The notes beneath the pieces are model-generated. The model was not told where the DNA came from. It did not search any database and was given only the letters and a program-made list of their open reading frames with translations. The translations under genes and the position numbers were made by a program. From an uncultured virus (IMG/VR IMGVR_UViG_2061766007_000208) (lineage: Duplodnaviria > Heunggongvirae > Uroviricota > Caudoviricetes), in the IMG/VR virus record IMGVR_UViG_2061766007_000208: a stretch of DNA of 20,000 nt, one strand, 5' to 3'. This document shows, one piece after another, positions 1 to 8,959 of the stretch (the stretch's first letter is position 1; each line of letters opens with the position of its first letter).

Positions 1-1672
1 TTTTCATATACACGCTGACGTTATCGTACAGATAATCCGCTGTATCCGAGAAGGCTGAAAAGATCAGGACCTTCTTATTACCTGCATTGATGGGATGAGC
101 GATTTTCTCATCAAGCAACTGAAACAACGTCTGCAGCTTGGTGTCGTGTTCCGGTGTAATGTCAGCCACCATCAGAGTNNNNNNNNNNNNNNNNNNNNNN
201 NNNNNNNNNNNNNNNNNNNNTCAATCTTCACCTTTTTCCCGACCGTAAAGAAGTCTGTGTTGCCGTCTTCCATATCGAAGTCATTTTCAGAGGCCTCGAA
301 CATATCCAGATCCGCGCTGCCGTACTGTTCAAAGCGGTCGATAGCTTCAATGGTATTTTTTATCAGTTCCAGAATACGCTTCAGGGTCAGATTGAAGGAA
401 TACACAGAGCTTTCCAGACGCTTCAGAAGATTGATCGCCATCAAGCGCTGGATGCCTTGCTCACGACCACGCTGGGTCAGATTGTTCCCTTTATTATGAG
501 TCAGGTCAACATACTTTGAGAGCTTACTTGGAAAGATATAATTCGATGGCGTATAGATGACCAGACTCAGGAGCATCAGCTGCTCGTAAATCTGATTGTA
601 ATTGATAGCCTCATTTAGATCGGTCAGGCTGGGCCGCTTGGAGATTGGCTTAAGCCGCTCCGGGAACTTTCCGATCTCGGCGGTGTTGTAATATTTCTCT
701 ATGTGTTTTCTGGACCGGGCTATGGTAACGCTATCCAGCACCTCAAAGAAGTCGAAATCAAGTGTCCGCAACAGTGCATCCGTGGTACGGTCCTCCGGGT
801 CCAGTTTGCTCCATGCATTAAAAGCCTTCTGGGCCTGTCGGAAAATCTCCTCTATCGGCTTCTTGGTATCCAGCTTATCGTTGATGAATTCCGAGTTTCC
901 TTCGTAGGCAAGCGCCAGCTGATTCTTCAGGTCCACAAATCTGTTGTTGACCGGTGTTGCGGAGAGCATGAGGACCTTAGTCTTCACGCCTGCGCGGATC
1001 ACCTTATCCATCAGCCGTACATAGCGATTCTCCTGCGTGTTGGCATGGGTTCCGGCACCATTACGGAAGTTGTGCGACTCATCAATGACCACCAGATCGT
1101 AGTTGCCCCAGTTCAGGCGGTCCAGATCGAGGCCGTTGGAGAAGCCGCCGTTGCGGGAANNNNNNNNNNGGTGTTCCAGTTCTCAGCCAGCTTCTTAGGG
1201 CAGAGAACAAGTACGGACTTGTTCCGGTTCTCATAATATTTGATAACAGCCAGCGCAGTGAATGTTTTACCNNNNNNNNNNCATCAATGGTCATAAAACC
1301 ACCCATGTTCTCGCCGGTCACGTTGGATTTGAAGACTGCCTTCTGGCTGATCCATTGTGCACATTCCTTGGCAATGGATCTCTGAGTCATTTCGTTTCGT
1401 AGCTTGATTTCAAACTCCGTCCCATACAAGCTGGTCTCACGGCTTAGACGCGGGATATAAAACTCCCGTTTCTGTTTTTCAGCACGCTCCCGGATGAATG
1501 TTGGCGAAGTGAAAATAAAGCGAAATTGTTCCACCTTTTCCAGCTGGTCCTTCAGTTCCTGATAGGCATACATAGAGAAGCAAGCTGCAGCGATAGAAAC
1601 CTTGCTCCCTTTTTTGATGGTTTGCTCCATGTCGTCCCGGACGATCTCCGTGACATTGTCAAATATCTTCAT
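1..1672 (-). CDS. SNF2/DEAD-like superfamily 2 helicase with an N-terminal PLD-like domain; fragmented by gaps and continuing off the left edge
   Basis: Start MKIFDNVTEIVRDD at 1672 with GGAG RBS. Fragment 1170-1271 reads GKTFTALAVIKYY. 221-1159 has motif II VVIDESHNFRN and motif III LMLSATPVNN. 1-178 reads KKVLIFSAFSDTADYLY (helicase C domain). Frame changes occur only at N gaps. Confidence 0.88.
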
Positions 1673-1715
1673 TCTAACCGCTCCCTGCTTATTGGGCTTT
1701 CTTTTTGCCGCTCAA

Positions 1716-2346
1716 TTATTCGTCATCCAGTTCTGTGAGCGTTCCATCCTTAATGTGGTACGCTATACCATTCTTGTCACAAAATTCAATTACCTGCAGT
1801 GCACACTGATTATAAAAGTCCTTTTGCTGCGGGAAAGCCGTCACTTCTTTACTATAATTTGTGCGTCCAAAGATGATCCGATCAGTGAATGATACTGCAT
1901 CCAAAAGACTACCCAACTTCTGCCGCACAAGATTCGGAGTCGGATAGGGTTCCATGCTCACCCATGTTTTGCATCCTCGATCATGCAAGGCCTTAAGAGC
2001 TGCCAGTCGGTCCTTGTATTGTGCCGAGTGAGGTTCCATTCGTCTTCTAAAAGCCTCTGTCATAGAAACCAACGTAATTCCATATTCGTTCTCATGCGAA
2101 AGATCAGCCAGTTCAATTGGAAGGATTCCCTTTGTTAAGGCTGTACATTTTATCCCATTACTATTGAGTTTTTTAATCGCAGCAAGGCTCATTGCACTGA
2201 CCTCATCATATCGGTACATGAATGGATCAGTTGTAAAACATAAATGCACTGACTTTATTTTATCCTTGAGTTTTGGAATCTCCGCATCCAGAAGCTCAAG
2301 GGTGTTTTCAACTAAATATGGCTCCAACCATTCTTCATAAGAGGAC
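1716..2346 (-). CDS. Radical SAM protein (spore-photoproduct-lyase-like), C-terminal part
   Basis: VHLCFTTDPFMY, LTKG, YGITLVS, TWVSMEPYPTP and IIFGRTNY are typical of SPL-like radical SAM barrels. Stop TAA at 1716-1718. The ORF track's fusion to the helicase occurs only across an N gap. Confidence 0.8.
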
Positions 2347-2356
2347 NNNNNNNNNN

Positions 2357-3326
2357 TCAGTCGGTCGCTGGCGATGGGATTATTGACATAGTTGTCCTTA
2401 TAGGTATTCCAGTTCTCCGCCAGTTTCTTCGGACAGAGGACGAGGACAGACTTGTTCCGGTTCTCGTAATATTTTATAACAGCCAGTGCAGTGAAGGTTT
2501 TACCAAGGCCCACGCTGTCGGCAAGAATGCAACCGTTGTACTGTTCCAGCTTATTGATGATGGCCAGAACAGCATCTCGCTGGAAATCGTAGAGCATGCT
2601 CCAGATCTTGCTCTGCTTAAAGCCTGTAGCCTCGTTGGGCAGAACATCCTCGGAAATGTCATCAAGAAACTCGCTAAATACATGAAAGAGAATGATGTAG
2701 TAGATGAACTCCGGTGAGTTTTCATTGTAGGCAGTGGCGATATTTTCAATGATGGTATCCGTCACATCCTGCATCTTTTCCCGGTCATTCCAGAGGGAAT
2801 CGAACAGCTGCAAATACTGCGTAGCAAACGGAGCCTCCATTCGGTTGACCATGTTGTAGCTGTTGTTGCCGCGCTCGCAACCGATATCTACCGTTGTGAA
2901 TCCGCCCAGAGGCATATAGGCTACCTGCTCTGACGGATCATCAATGGTCATAAAGCCGCCCATGTTCTCGCCGGTCACGTTGGATTTAAAGACCGCCTTC
3001 TGGCTGATCCATTGTGCACATTCCTTGGCAATGGACCTCTGGGTCATCTCGTTTCGTAGCTTGATTTCAAACTCTGTCCCATACAAGCTGGTCTCACGGC
3101 TCAAGCGCGGGATATAGAATTCCCGTTTCTGCTTCTCAGCACGTTCCCGGATGAAAGTCGGTGACGTGAAAATAAAGCGAAATTGATCCACCTTTTCCAG
3201 CTGGTCCTTTAGTTCCTGATAAGCATACATAGAGAAACAAGCTGCGGCGATAGAAACCTTGCTCCCTTTTTTAATCGTTTGCTCCATGTCGTCCCGGACG
3301 ATCTCCGTGACATTGTCAAATATCTT
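2357..3326 (-). CDS. Second allele of the SNF2 helicase N-terminal region (PLD-like domain through motif I)
   Basis: Protein nearly identical to 1282-1672 (VEQ vs VDQ) with many synonymous changes. Contains LYDFQRDAV and Walker A GCILADSVGLGKT. Flanked by N gaps. Confidence 0.85.
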
Positions 3327-3426
3327 NNNNNNNNNNNNNNNNNNNNNNNNNNNNNNNNNNNNNNNNNNNNNNNNNNNNNNNNNNNNNNNNNNNNNNNNNN
3401 NNNNNNNNNNNNNNNNNNNNNNNNNN

Positions 3427-3559
3427 TCAAGAAAGCGTAACAGGGATATTTGCACCCATGTGCGCATCCAAGGACGTGGTTCATGGTGTAATCTCCATAT
3501 TCTACGCCCGTTACATACAGCATGGATTTTCTTTGAATGTATCCTTTTACTTTTGCCAT
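3427..3559 (-). CDS. Radical SAM protein, N-terminal part with the Fe-S cysteine motif
   Basis: MAKVKGYIQRKSMLYVTGVEYGDYTMNHVLGCAHGCKYPCYAFL, with AGGAG RBS upstream of ATG 3559. Logically joins 1716-2346. Confidence 0.82.
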
Positions 3560-3570
3560 AGCGGTCACTC

Positions 3571-3750
3571 CTATATCACGAAATCAATGGAGCTCCGATG
3601 GACCTTATAACCTTGTTCCCTCAGCTGATCCTTGATGTCGTTTTTATATAAATCCGATGGGAAAATTGGATGCTCGTCAACGGCATCCCATATCTCTTTA
3701 AGTGGAACATCCATCCTTCCAGAGAAAACCCCAACGATAAATTTCACAAT
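3571..3750 (-). CDS. Probable C-terminal end of the TcmP-like protein (not in ORF track)
   Basis: Manual translation gives IVKFIVGVFSGRMDVPLKEIWDAVDEHPIFPSDLYKNDIKDQLREQGYKVHRSSIDFVI*. TAG at 3571-3573 lies just upstream of the radical SAM start. The TcmP ORF at 7592-8528 lacks its end at a gap. Confidence 0.7.
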   Translation of the reverse strand: MVKFIVGVFSGRMDVPLKEIWDAVDEHPIFPSDLYKNDIKDQLREQGYKVHRSSIDFVI

Positions 3751-3760
3751 NNNNNNNNNN

Positions 3761-5492
3761 TAAAAATCTGCTTTATGTATTTTCCCTCATATTCATGGCC
3801 TTCCAGCCGGACGCTGTTACTGCAAACGCCAAGCATCTCCCGGACAAGAGCGCTCACAATGAAGAGTGCGCTGCTGTCCATACTGGATACCGGGTCATCA
3901 ATGACAACAATTTTGTCTTTTCCGGCATCCTTCTCAGAGGTGCTACCACGGACAATATGGTAGAAATACAAGAAAGCAATGAAGTTCCGTTCACCCTCAC
4001 TCAGGTTTTCGGCAACAGCTCCGTCCTCTCGGATAACCTCATACACACCTTTGACGCCTGATTTCTCACGAAGATAAAAGCCCTCAAAGCCTGAATCTTT
4101 CAGATGGGCATTAATACTGTCCACGGTCATCTTGGTGTTGACTACCTTGGAATTCAGATCAGTGAGCTCCGCAGACAGGTCCTTATATTTCTGCTGAAGC
4201 TCCCGGACTCTTTTGTTCAAGGCTTCGACAGCATCTTCAATTTCTTTTTTGCTTTTTCGGTATGCCGCAACCTCATCATTCAGGATGAAGGCGATTTCCT
4301 CCCACACCTTGCGATAGCAATCCAATTGCTTATCGTGTTTGGTGCTCACAATATCATTATTTATTTGAATCTGCTGATTAATCGATTCGACCATAGCATC
4401 CAGTTCTTCAATCAGCATATCAGTATCTTTCAGTTCTACCTTTTTTGCCGGAGAAGTTATTTTTGACTCGATCAGCTGCAGGTTAGTGGTAACCCTTGCT
4501 TCCAGCTGGTCCAGTTTCTTTTCATAGTCCTTGGTGTCAACCTTCGGGAAGACATCGTTCAGATTTGCCCTATACCAATTGATCAGGCTCTGCATCTTAT
4601 CTGTATAGGCCGTCTGGAAGGACCTCAGATCATCAATATCTTGCTGATATTCTTCGTCAAAGCACTCCGCGATATTCTTTTCAAAAGACTCTGGCAGCGT
4701 TTGCTGACAGAATGGGCATTTACCATCGGCGTGTTTAACATAGGCAAAGTGGCCGGTTTTTACCCAATCTGTAGCCTGCAGAGCCTTCATGAATCTGACA
4801 AAGTCTGTATCCCGGCTACTCGTGATGGATTTTCCCAGAAGCGGCAGACCGCTTAGATCAAAAAAACCGATCAAGTCCTTAGATGCTTTGAACAGGCTGT
4901 AGCTTCTGGCATTCGGGTCATAGGCAATATCGTACTGTTCTTCGATCTCCTCGATAGTGTGGTGAACAGCTTCATGGCGGCCTGACAGGACTTCTTCAGA
5001 AAACTGCTGCTTTTTCTTTTTTCCATTCTGCGTTTTTTCAAAGCGTTTTCTAACTGTCTCGGTATAATCCCAGCATGTTGTTTGGAATGTGGCCAGCAGT
5101 GGGTCCAGCTCCGCCTTCTTTTTATCCCTCTCACCTGCAGTATTTTTACCTTCAGTTATGGTGTCGTCTCTCTCTGCAGTTTTCTCATCAATTTGTCTTC
5201 TGATTTCTACGTTCTCTTCGCTCAGCGTAAAAACACCCTGAAGGTCTCCGTACGTTTCAAAATTGCGGTTTATGAAATCCTGATTGTAAATAAGAATGGA
5301 ATAGCCATCCGGATTCACGCCAGCCTGCCAGCGAAGAGCAGCAGGGTCCATAAAGGCCTTGGCAACAGTGGACTTGCCAGCACCATTTTTACCAAACAGG
5401 AAATTGATGTAGGTGGGTTGAAACTTCTCGCTGTGGAAAGTAGCCGCATCGAGAGTGATTTCTTCAATTATGCCATGCATTTTCTCGGTCAT
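3761..5492 (-). CDS. RloC-like / AAA_13 Rad50-type ABC ATPase with zinc hook; C-terminus lost in gap
   Basis: Walker A FGKNGAGKST, zinc hook CPFCQQ in a long coiled coil, signature LSEGE, Walker B/D-loop IVVIDDPVSSMD. GAAGGAGG RBS before ATG 5492 (MTEKMHG). Confidence 0.85.
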
Positions 5493-5526
5493 GCGTCTGC
5501 CTCCTTCCAGCATAGTTTTAACTGTG

Positions 5527-5736
5527 TCATTCGGAGATTCTTCCTTGTCTGACCCATTCATCGACCTCTGATATCTTGAATTTATAACGCTTCCCGGCGC
5601 GATACACCGGAAGCTTTCCGTTTTTTATCCACGTCCGCACAGTATCCGCGCTAACGCTGAGGTGCTCAGCTATGTCCTCAAGGTTAACCCATTTTTCTGC
5701 TGCTTCCTGCATTGCATTTTCTATTTCTTGGTTCAT
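5527..5736 (-). CDS. Excisionase-like helix-turn-helix DNA-binding protein (HTH_17)
   Basis: KWVNLEDIAEHLSVSADTVRTWIKNGKLPVYRAGKRYKFKISEVDEWV; GGAGG RBS. Confidence 0.85.
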   Translation of the reverse strand: MNQEIENAMQEAAEKWVNLEDIAEHLSVSADTVRTWIKNGKLPVYRAGKRYKFKISEVDEWVRQGRISE

Positions 5737-5762
5737 CTCTTACCTCCAAAGTTCCAACATGG

Positions 5763-6407
5763 TTAACGCTGCATATTGAATACAGGCACCGGCAGATTCG
5801 CTTCGTAAAGCTCCTGAATCAAATCCACTCGTTTTATCGCCCAATGAGTTCTGTTCAGTTCATTGAAACGATTATTACCAACAAGTCCAAGTTCTTCCAG
5901 CATCTCATTTAACCGTTGTTGCACAATATCACTCTTGTAGCCGCAGAAGTATATTTTCACGTCGTTGTCATATATCTTCACATCAGACACAAAACCATAG
6001 ATTACGCGCTGGTCGTCATCCGCCCTGCCATAAGGCCGATTCTCTGCAAGGAACAAAGACGGCAGTGTTTTGATTTCTTCTATTATTTCTGGCGTGAGCA
6101 CCTCGAAGCGTTTCTTAGTTTCATCCGTCATGCATTGGTTAAGCACCCGCTCACGCGGCACCTTAAAATATGGCTTGTCAAACTCCTCAATCCCGATGAC
6201 AAACAGATTATAGTATTCCCGGTTCACTCTCAAAGGCACATAGAAGGTCCCGTTGAGCGGAGGCATCATCGGCTGCGCTTGTACATTGATGTTGACAGTC
6301 CCATAGTTCGGTATCAGGACATTATCATTACCAGCCTGCACATACCGGTCTTGACCGGGAGCGCTTGGGACCGAGGGCTGCACTGTTTGAAGTTTGTTAT
6401 CCTCCAT
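5763..6407 (-). CDS. Hypothetical 214-aa protein with an N-terminal amyloid-like motif and a globular domain (YNLFV...LPSLFLAE...ELNRTHWAIKRVDL)
   Basis: Intact ORF with AGGAGG RBS, in operon spacing with its neighbours. Residues ~22-41 read YVQAGNDNVLIPNYGTVNIN. Confidence 0.8.
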   Translation of the reverse strand: MEDNKLQTVQPSVPSAPGQDRYVQAGNDNVLIPNYGTVNINVQAQPMMPPLNGTFYVPLRVNREYYNLFVIGIEEFDKPYFKVPRERVLNQCMTDETKKRFEVLTPEIIEEIKTLPSLFLAENRPYGRADDDQRVIYGFVSDVKIYDNDVKIYFCGYKSDIVQQRLNEMLEELGLVGNNRFNELNRTHWAIKRVDLIQELYEANLPVPVFNMQR

Positions 6408-6418
6408 TCAAAGCCCTC

Positions 6419-7300
6419 CTATCGCTTGTTAATGTTTATGGTCCCGTAGTTCGGAATCACCATATTGCCATCTCCAGTTTGCTGAATGAAGATGGGATTG
6501 TTATTAACCACGGATGTTGTGCTCTGCTGTGCGGGACCTTCAGACTGGTATGCTTGGCCTTGATCCTCCGGGACAACTTCTATGATTACATCATCATCTG
6601 TATCATCCTGCTCTGCTGATTCAGGCACGTTAACGTGGAGACCATCAAGAATTCCTTCGCCCATGTGTGCCGTATAATCACGCGGTCCTCCTCCGGTGGA
6701 AGGGCACCACTCGTCATAGGTAATCTGGCCCACCTTGTTATTTTTCCTATTTACAACTGCATAGTGCCAAACGCCGAGCAGAAATGCCGGTAGGTACACT
6801 TCTTTCAGACCGCCAAGTGCGGTCTTTTTTATTTTCTGGCCCTCGGCACCGATATAGAAGTCCTCGGACGCACCAATAGTCTCGTCTTGCTGTATCAAAT
6901 CGATGAGTGCCTTGACCAGCAAGGTTGCTTTTCCCACAGCTTCACCTAAATCAAGGTAGTTACAGACGAACGCTGTCATCTCTTTTAACGCGGACTTGTA
7001 GTCCCTCTTGACTCTATCATCAAAAGCGCGAATCTCCTGTGTTTCACCAAATGGGAGATAAGTACCCGTGGAGGTCTTGCAAGTCTTATAGTCATTTGCT
7101 TTCGTTTTCAGAAGATTACGGTCTATTTCCTGATAGTCCGGATTGATCACCTTGATCAGCCCCATCAGCACTTCCGGATCAGTGAGCCCGTCGCGATCAC
7201 CTTTATAGTGTTCTCTTGCTTTCATGCGCTGCCGAAGGTCCTGAAGCACCAGCGTGAAAAAGGTCCCTCCGCACAGACGCGGATAGTCATGTATTGTCAC
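6419..7300 (-). CDS. Hypothetical 293-aa protein: globular N-terminal domain, acidic linker, C-terminal amyloid-like motif
   Basis: GTG start at 7300 behind a GGAGG RBS. Begins TIHDYPRLCGGTFFTLVL, has linker ESAEQDDTDDDVIIEVVPEDQ, ends IQQTGDGNMVIPNYGTININKR*. Confidence 0.8.
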   Translation of the reverse strand: MTIHDYPRLCGGTFFTLVLQDLRQRMKAREHYKGDRDGLTDPEVLMGLIKVINPDYQEIDRNLLKTKANDYKTCKTSTGTYLPFGETQEIRAFDDRVKRDYKSALKEMTAFVCNYLDLGEAVGKATLLVKALIDLIQQDETIGASEDFYIGAEGQKIKKTALGGLKEVYLPAFLLGVWHYAVVNRKNNKVGQITYDEWCPSTGGGPRDYTAHMGEGILDGLHVNVPESAEQDDTDDDVIIEVVPEDQGQAYQSEGPAQQSTTSVVNNNPIFIQQTGDGNMVIPNYGTININKR

Positions 7301-7387
7301 AGATTGTCCTCCGATTGGCTTGCGTTTGCATTCAAACAGGCACGGTTGTAAGAAGCCGTCAACTCCTAACAAACCCCACTAAACCAT

Positions 7388-7416
7388 ATTATACCGCACG
7401 AACCCCTTTTTTTCAA
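7388..7416 (-). promoter_or_regulatory. Sigma-A type promoter for cassette B
   Basis: On the minus strand: TTGAAA (7416-7411), 17-nt spacer, TATAAT (7393-7388). Confidence 0.7.
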
Positions 7417-7516
7417 TCTGTAGAGGTGAACTTGTAGTAGCCGTCTACAACTTTTTTCCCGCTCCGACCTTAAAAACCTTATGAACTATGGCAGCCGACT
7501 TATCGAACGATTGGAT

Positions 7517-7546
7517 AGCTCTTGCGAGAAATCGCAGGAGCTTTTT
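7517..7546 (+). terminator. Intrinsic terminator-like hairpin
   Basis: AGCTCTTGCGA-GAAA-TCGCAGGAGCT followed by TTTT. Confidence 0.55.
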
Positions 7547-7591
7547 CCTTCCTGTGATTTCCGCGGAACTTTTGCAAATCANNNNNNNNNN

Positions 7592-8528
7592 CATCCGTTT
7601 GTGTTGTCATTACAAGGTCTTCAGATTCAGATAAGAAATCAAATGTCAGCTGCCCCGGATCAATCTTTGATTTCTTCATGGAGGATTTCCCTCCGAAAGT
7701 ACTCCATGCGGTGCTTTTATATAGCTTGAATCCTACGATACTGCTTGTGCAGTGGAGCAAATTATAGACAACAGTATTCTTGACGTTAAAAAACGGATAT
7801 GAAGCTATATAATAGCGCTTGTGGTTTTCACCGTTAAGTACCGTAATAATATCTTTTATTCTTTGCTCGAAAGCATCTCGATCACTTCCAAAATCGATCA
7901 AATCCTCGATCTTGGCAAGATACGTTGACTCATATTTAGATATTGTCTCTGGCCGTCTTGCCTGTGAGACCGCTCGGATGGAATCAGACACCATATGGTT
8001 TAAGATAATCTCTCCCCAATTTCGAATAAACGGCAATAAAGCAACCCAGTCTATTGTTGCCTGATATGGATCATAAACCAACAGGTAGTGAATCTTTGCC
8101 TGAGAAGAGAGTCTGCTTCCAATGGCTTTTAGGAGCTCGTTTCCGTCACCGACAGATAGATTCAGATGAAAATTGCGCGTCTCTATCGGCATATGCTTCT
8201 GCAGCTCATTTATTTTCTCTTGTGAAAGGTCATTAAAATACAGCCACGCCTGCTGATTTTGGTAATTTTGCTCACGCATAACATCAGAAAGAATCCTCGC
8301 CACTCTAATAGGAGTACCCTCTACCAGTTCTCCTGTTTCTTCGTTGACATACATTCCGCTATTGCACATGCAGTCGATGAAAACGATGCCGTTGCAATTA
8401 CCAGTATTACGGCCATATTCCAAGAGCTTGTGCGCCCATGCCCGCACATAGGCTTCAATAAGCTCGAATTTTTTAATAGTGTGTGGGCTCGCTTTGCTTA
8501 TAACTTCATTGTTGTTACTGCTTGCCAT
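7592..8528 (-). CDS. tcmP: Three-Cys-motif partner protein (TcmP-like, methyltransferase-like fold); C-terminus continues at 3571-3750
   Basis: HTIKKFELIEAYVRAW, IVFIDCMCNSGMY, GTPIRV, YFNDL, GDGNELL and LLVYDPYQ match the TcmP pattern, and it is linked to a radical SAM gene. Confidence 0.75.
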
Positions 8529-8540
8529 CAAATCACCTCA

Positions 8541-8762
8541 TCACTCTGAAACTTCGCCTTCTTCAGGAATCAGTTCCATGATATCGCCAATATCACATCC
8601 GAGCGTCTTACAAATCTTCATCAAAACCTCCATGCTTACAGTCTCACCTTTGGAGAGTTTAGTCACGGATGCCCAGCTAATGCCTGCTTTTGCCTGCAGG
8701 TCTTTTTTCTTCATATCCTTGTCTATTAAAATCTTCCATAGCTTCTTATAACTGACTTCCAT
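8541..8762 (-). CDS. Xre/Cro-C1 family HTH regulator (HTH_26 type)
   Basis: MEVSYKKLWKILIDKDMKKKDLQAKAGISWASVTKLSKGETVSMEVLMKICKTLGCDIGDIME; GGAGG RBS. Confidence 0.9.
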   Translation of the reverse strand: MEVSYKKLWKILIDKDMKKKDLQAKAGISWASVTKLSKGETVSMEVLMKICKTLGCDIGDIMELIPEEGEVSE

Positions 8763-8812
8763 CTCATCACCTCCATTTGACGGATGTGGCACTATTACGA
8801 CAGCATGAAGGA

Positions 8813-8910
8813 ATTATACCACATCGCCGCCAAAATCACAAGGTAAATCTTCACGAACACTCGAATATTCTTCTATTATCATTGAAATTTCTCTGGTTAC
8901 GTGATATAAT
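8813..8910. promoter_or_regulatory. Divergent sigma-A promoters between xre and the immA-like gene
   Basis: Plus strand: TTGAAA (8882-8887)-17 nt-TATAAT (8905-8910). Minus strand: TTGTGA (8841-8836)-17 nt-TATAAT (8818-8813). Both have a TGn extended -10. Confidence 0.7.
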
Positions 8911-8959
8911 TCATTCCATCCCACCTGATTGACATAGCCAGCGAAAGGAGGAACGCTCC

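Noticed and set aside
1716..3467. 583-aa ORF suggesting a helicase-radical SAM fusion
   Set aside because: The junctions fall exactly at N gaps (2347-2356 and 3327-3426). The pieces belong to two different genes.
7500..7581. ORF-track C-terminus of TcmP (DLQKFRGNHRKEK...)
   Set aside because: This is read-through across a gap into intergenic DNA containing a terminator-like hairpin. The real C-terminus is more likely 3571-3750.
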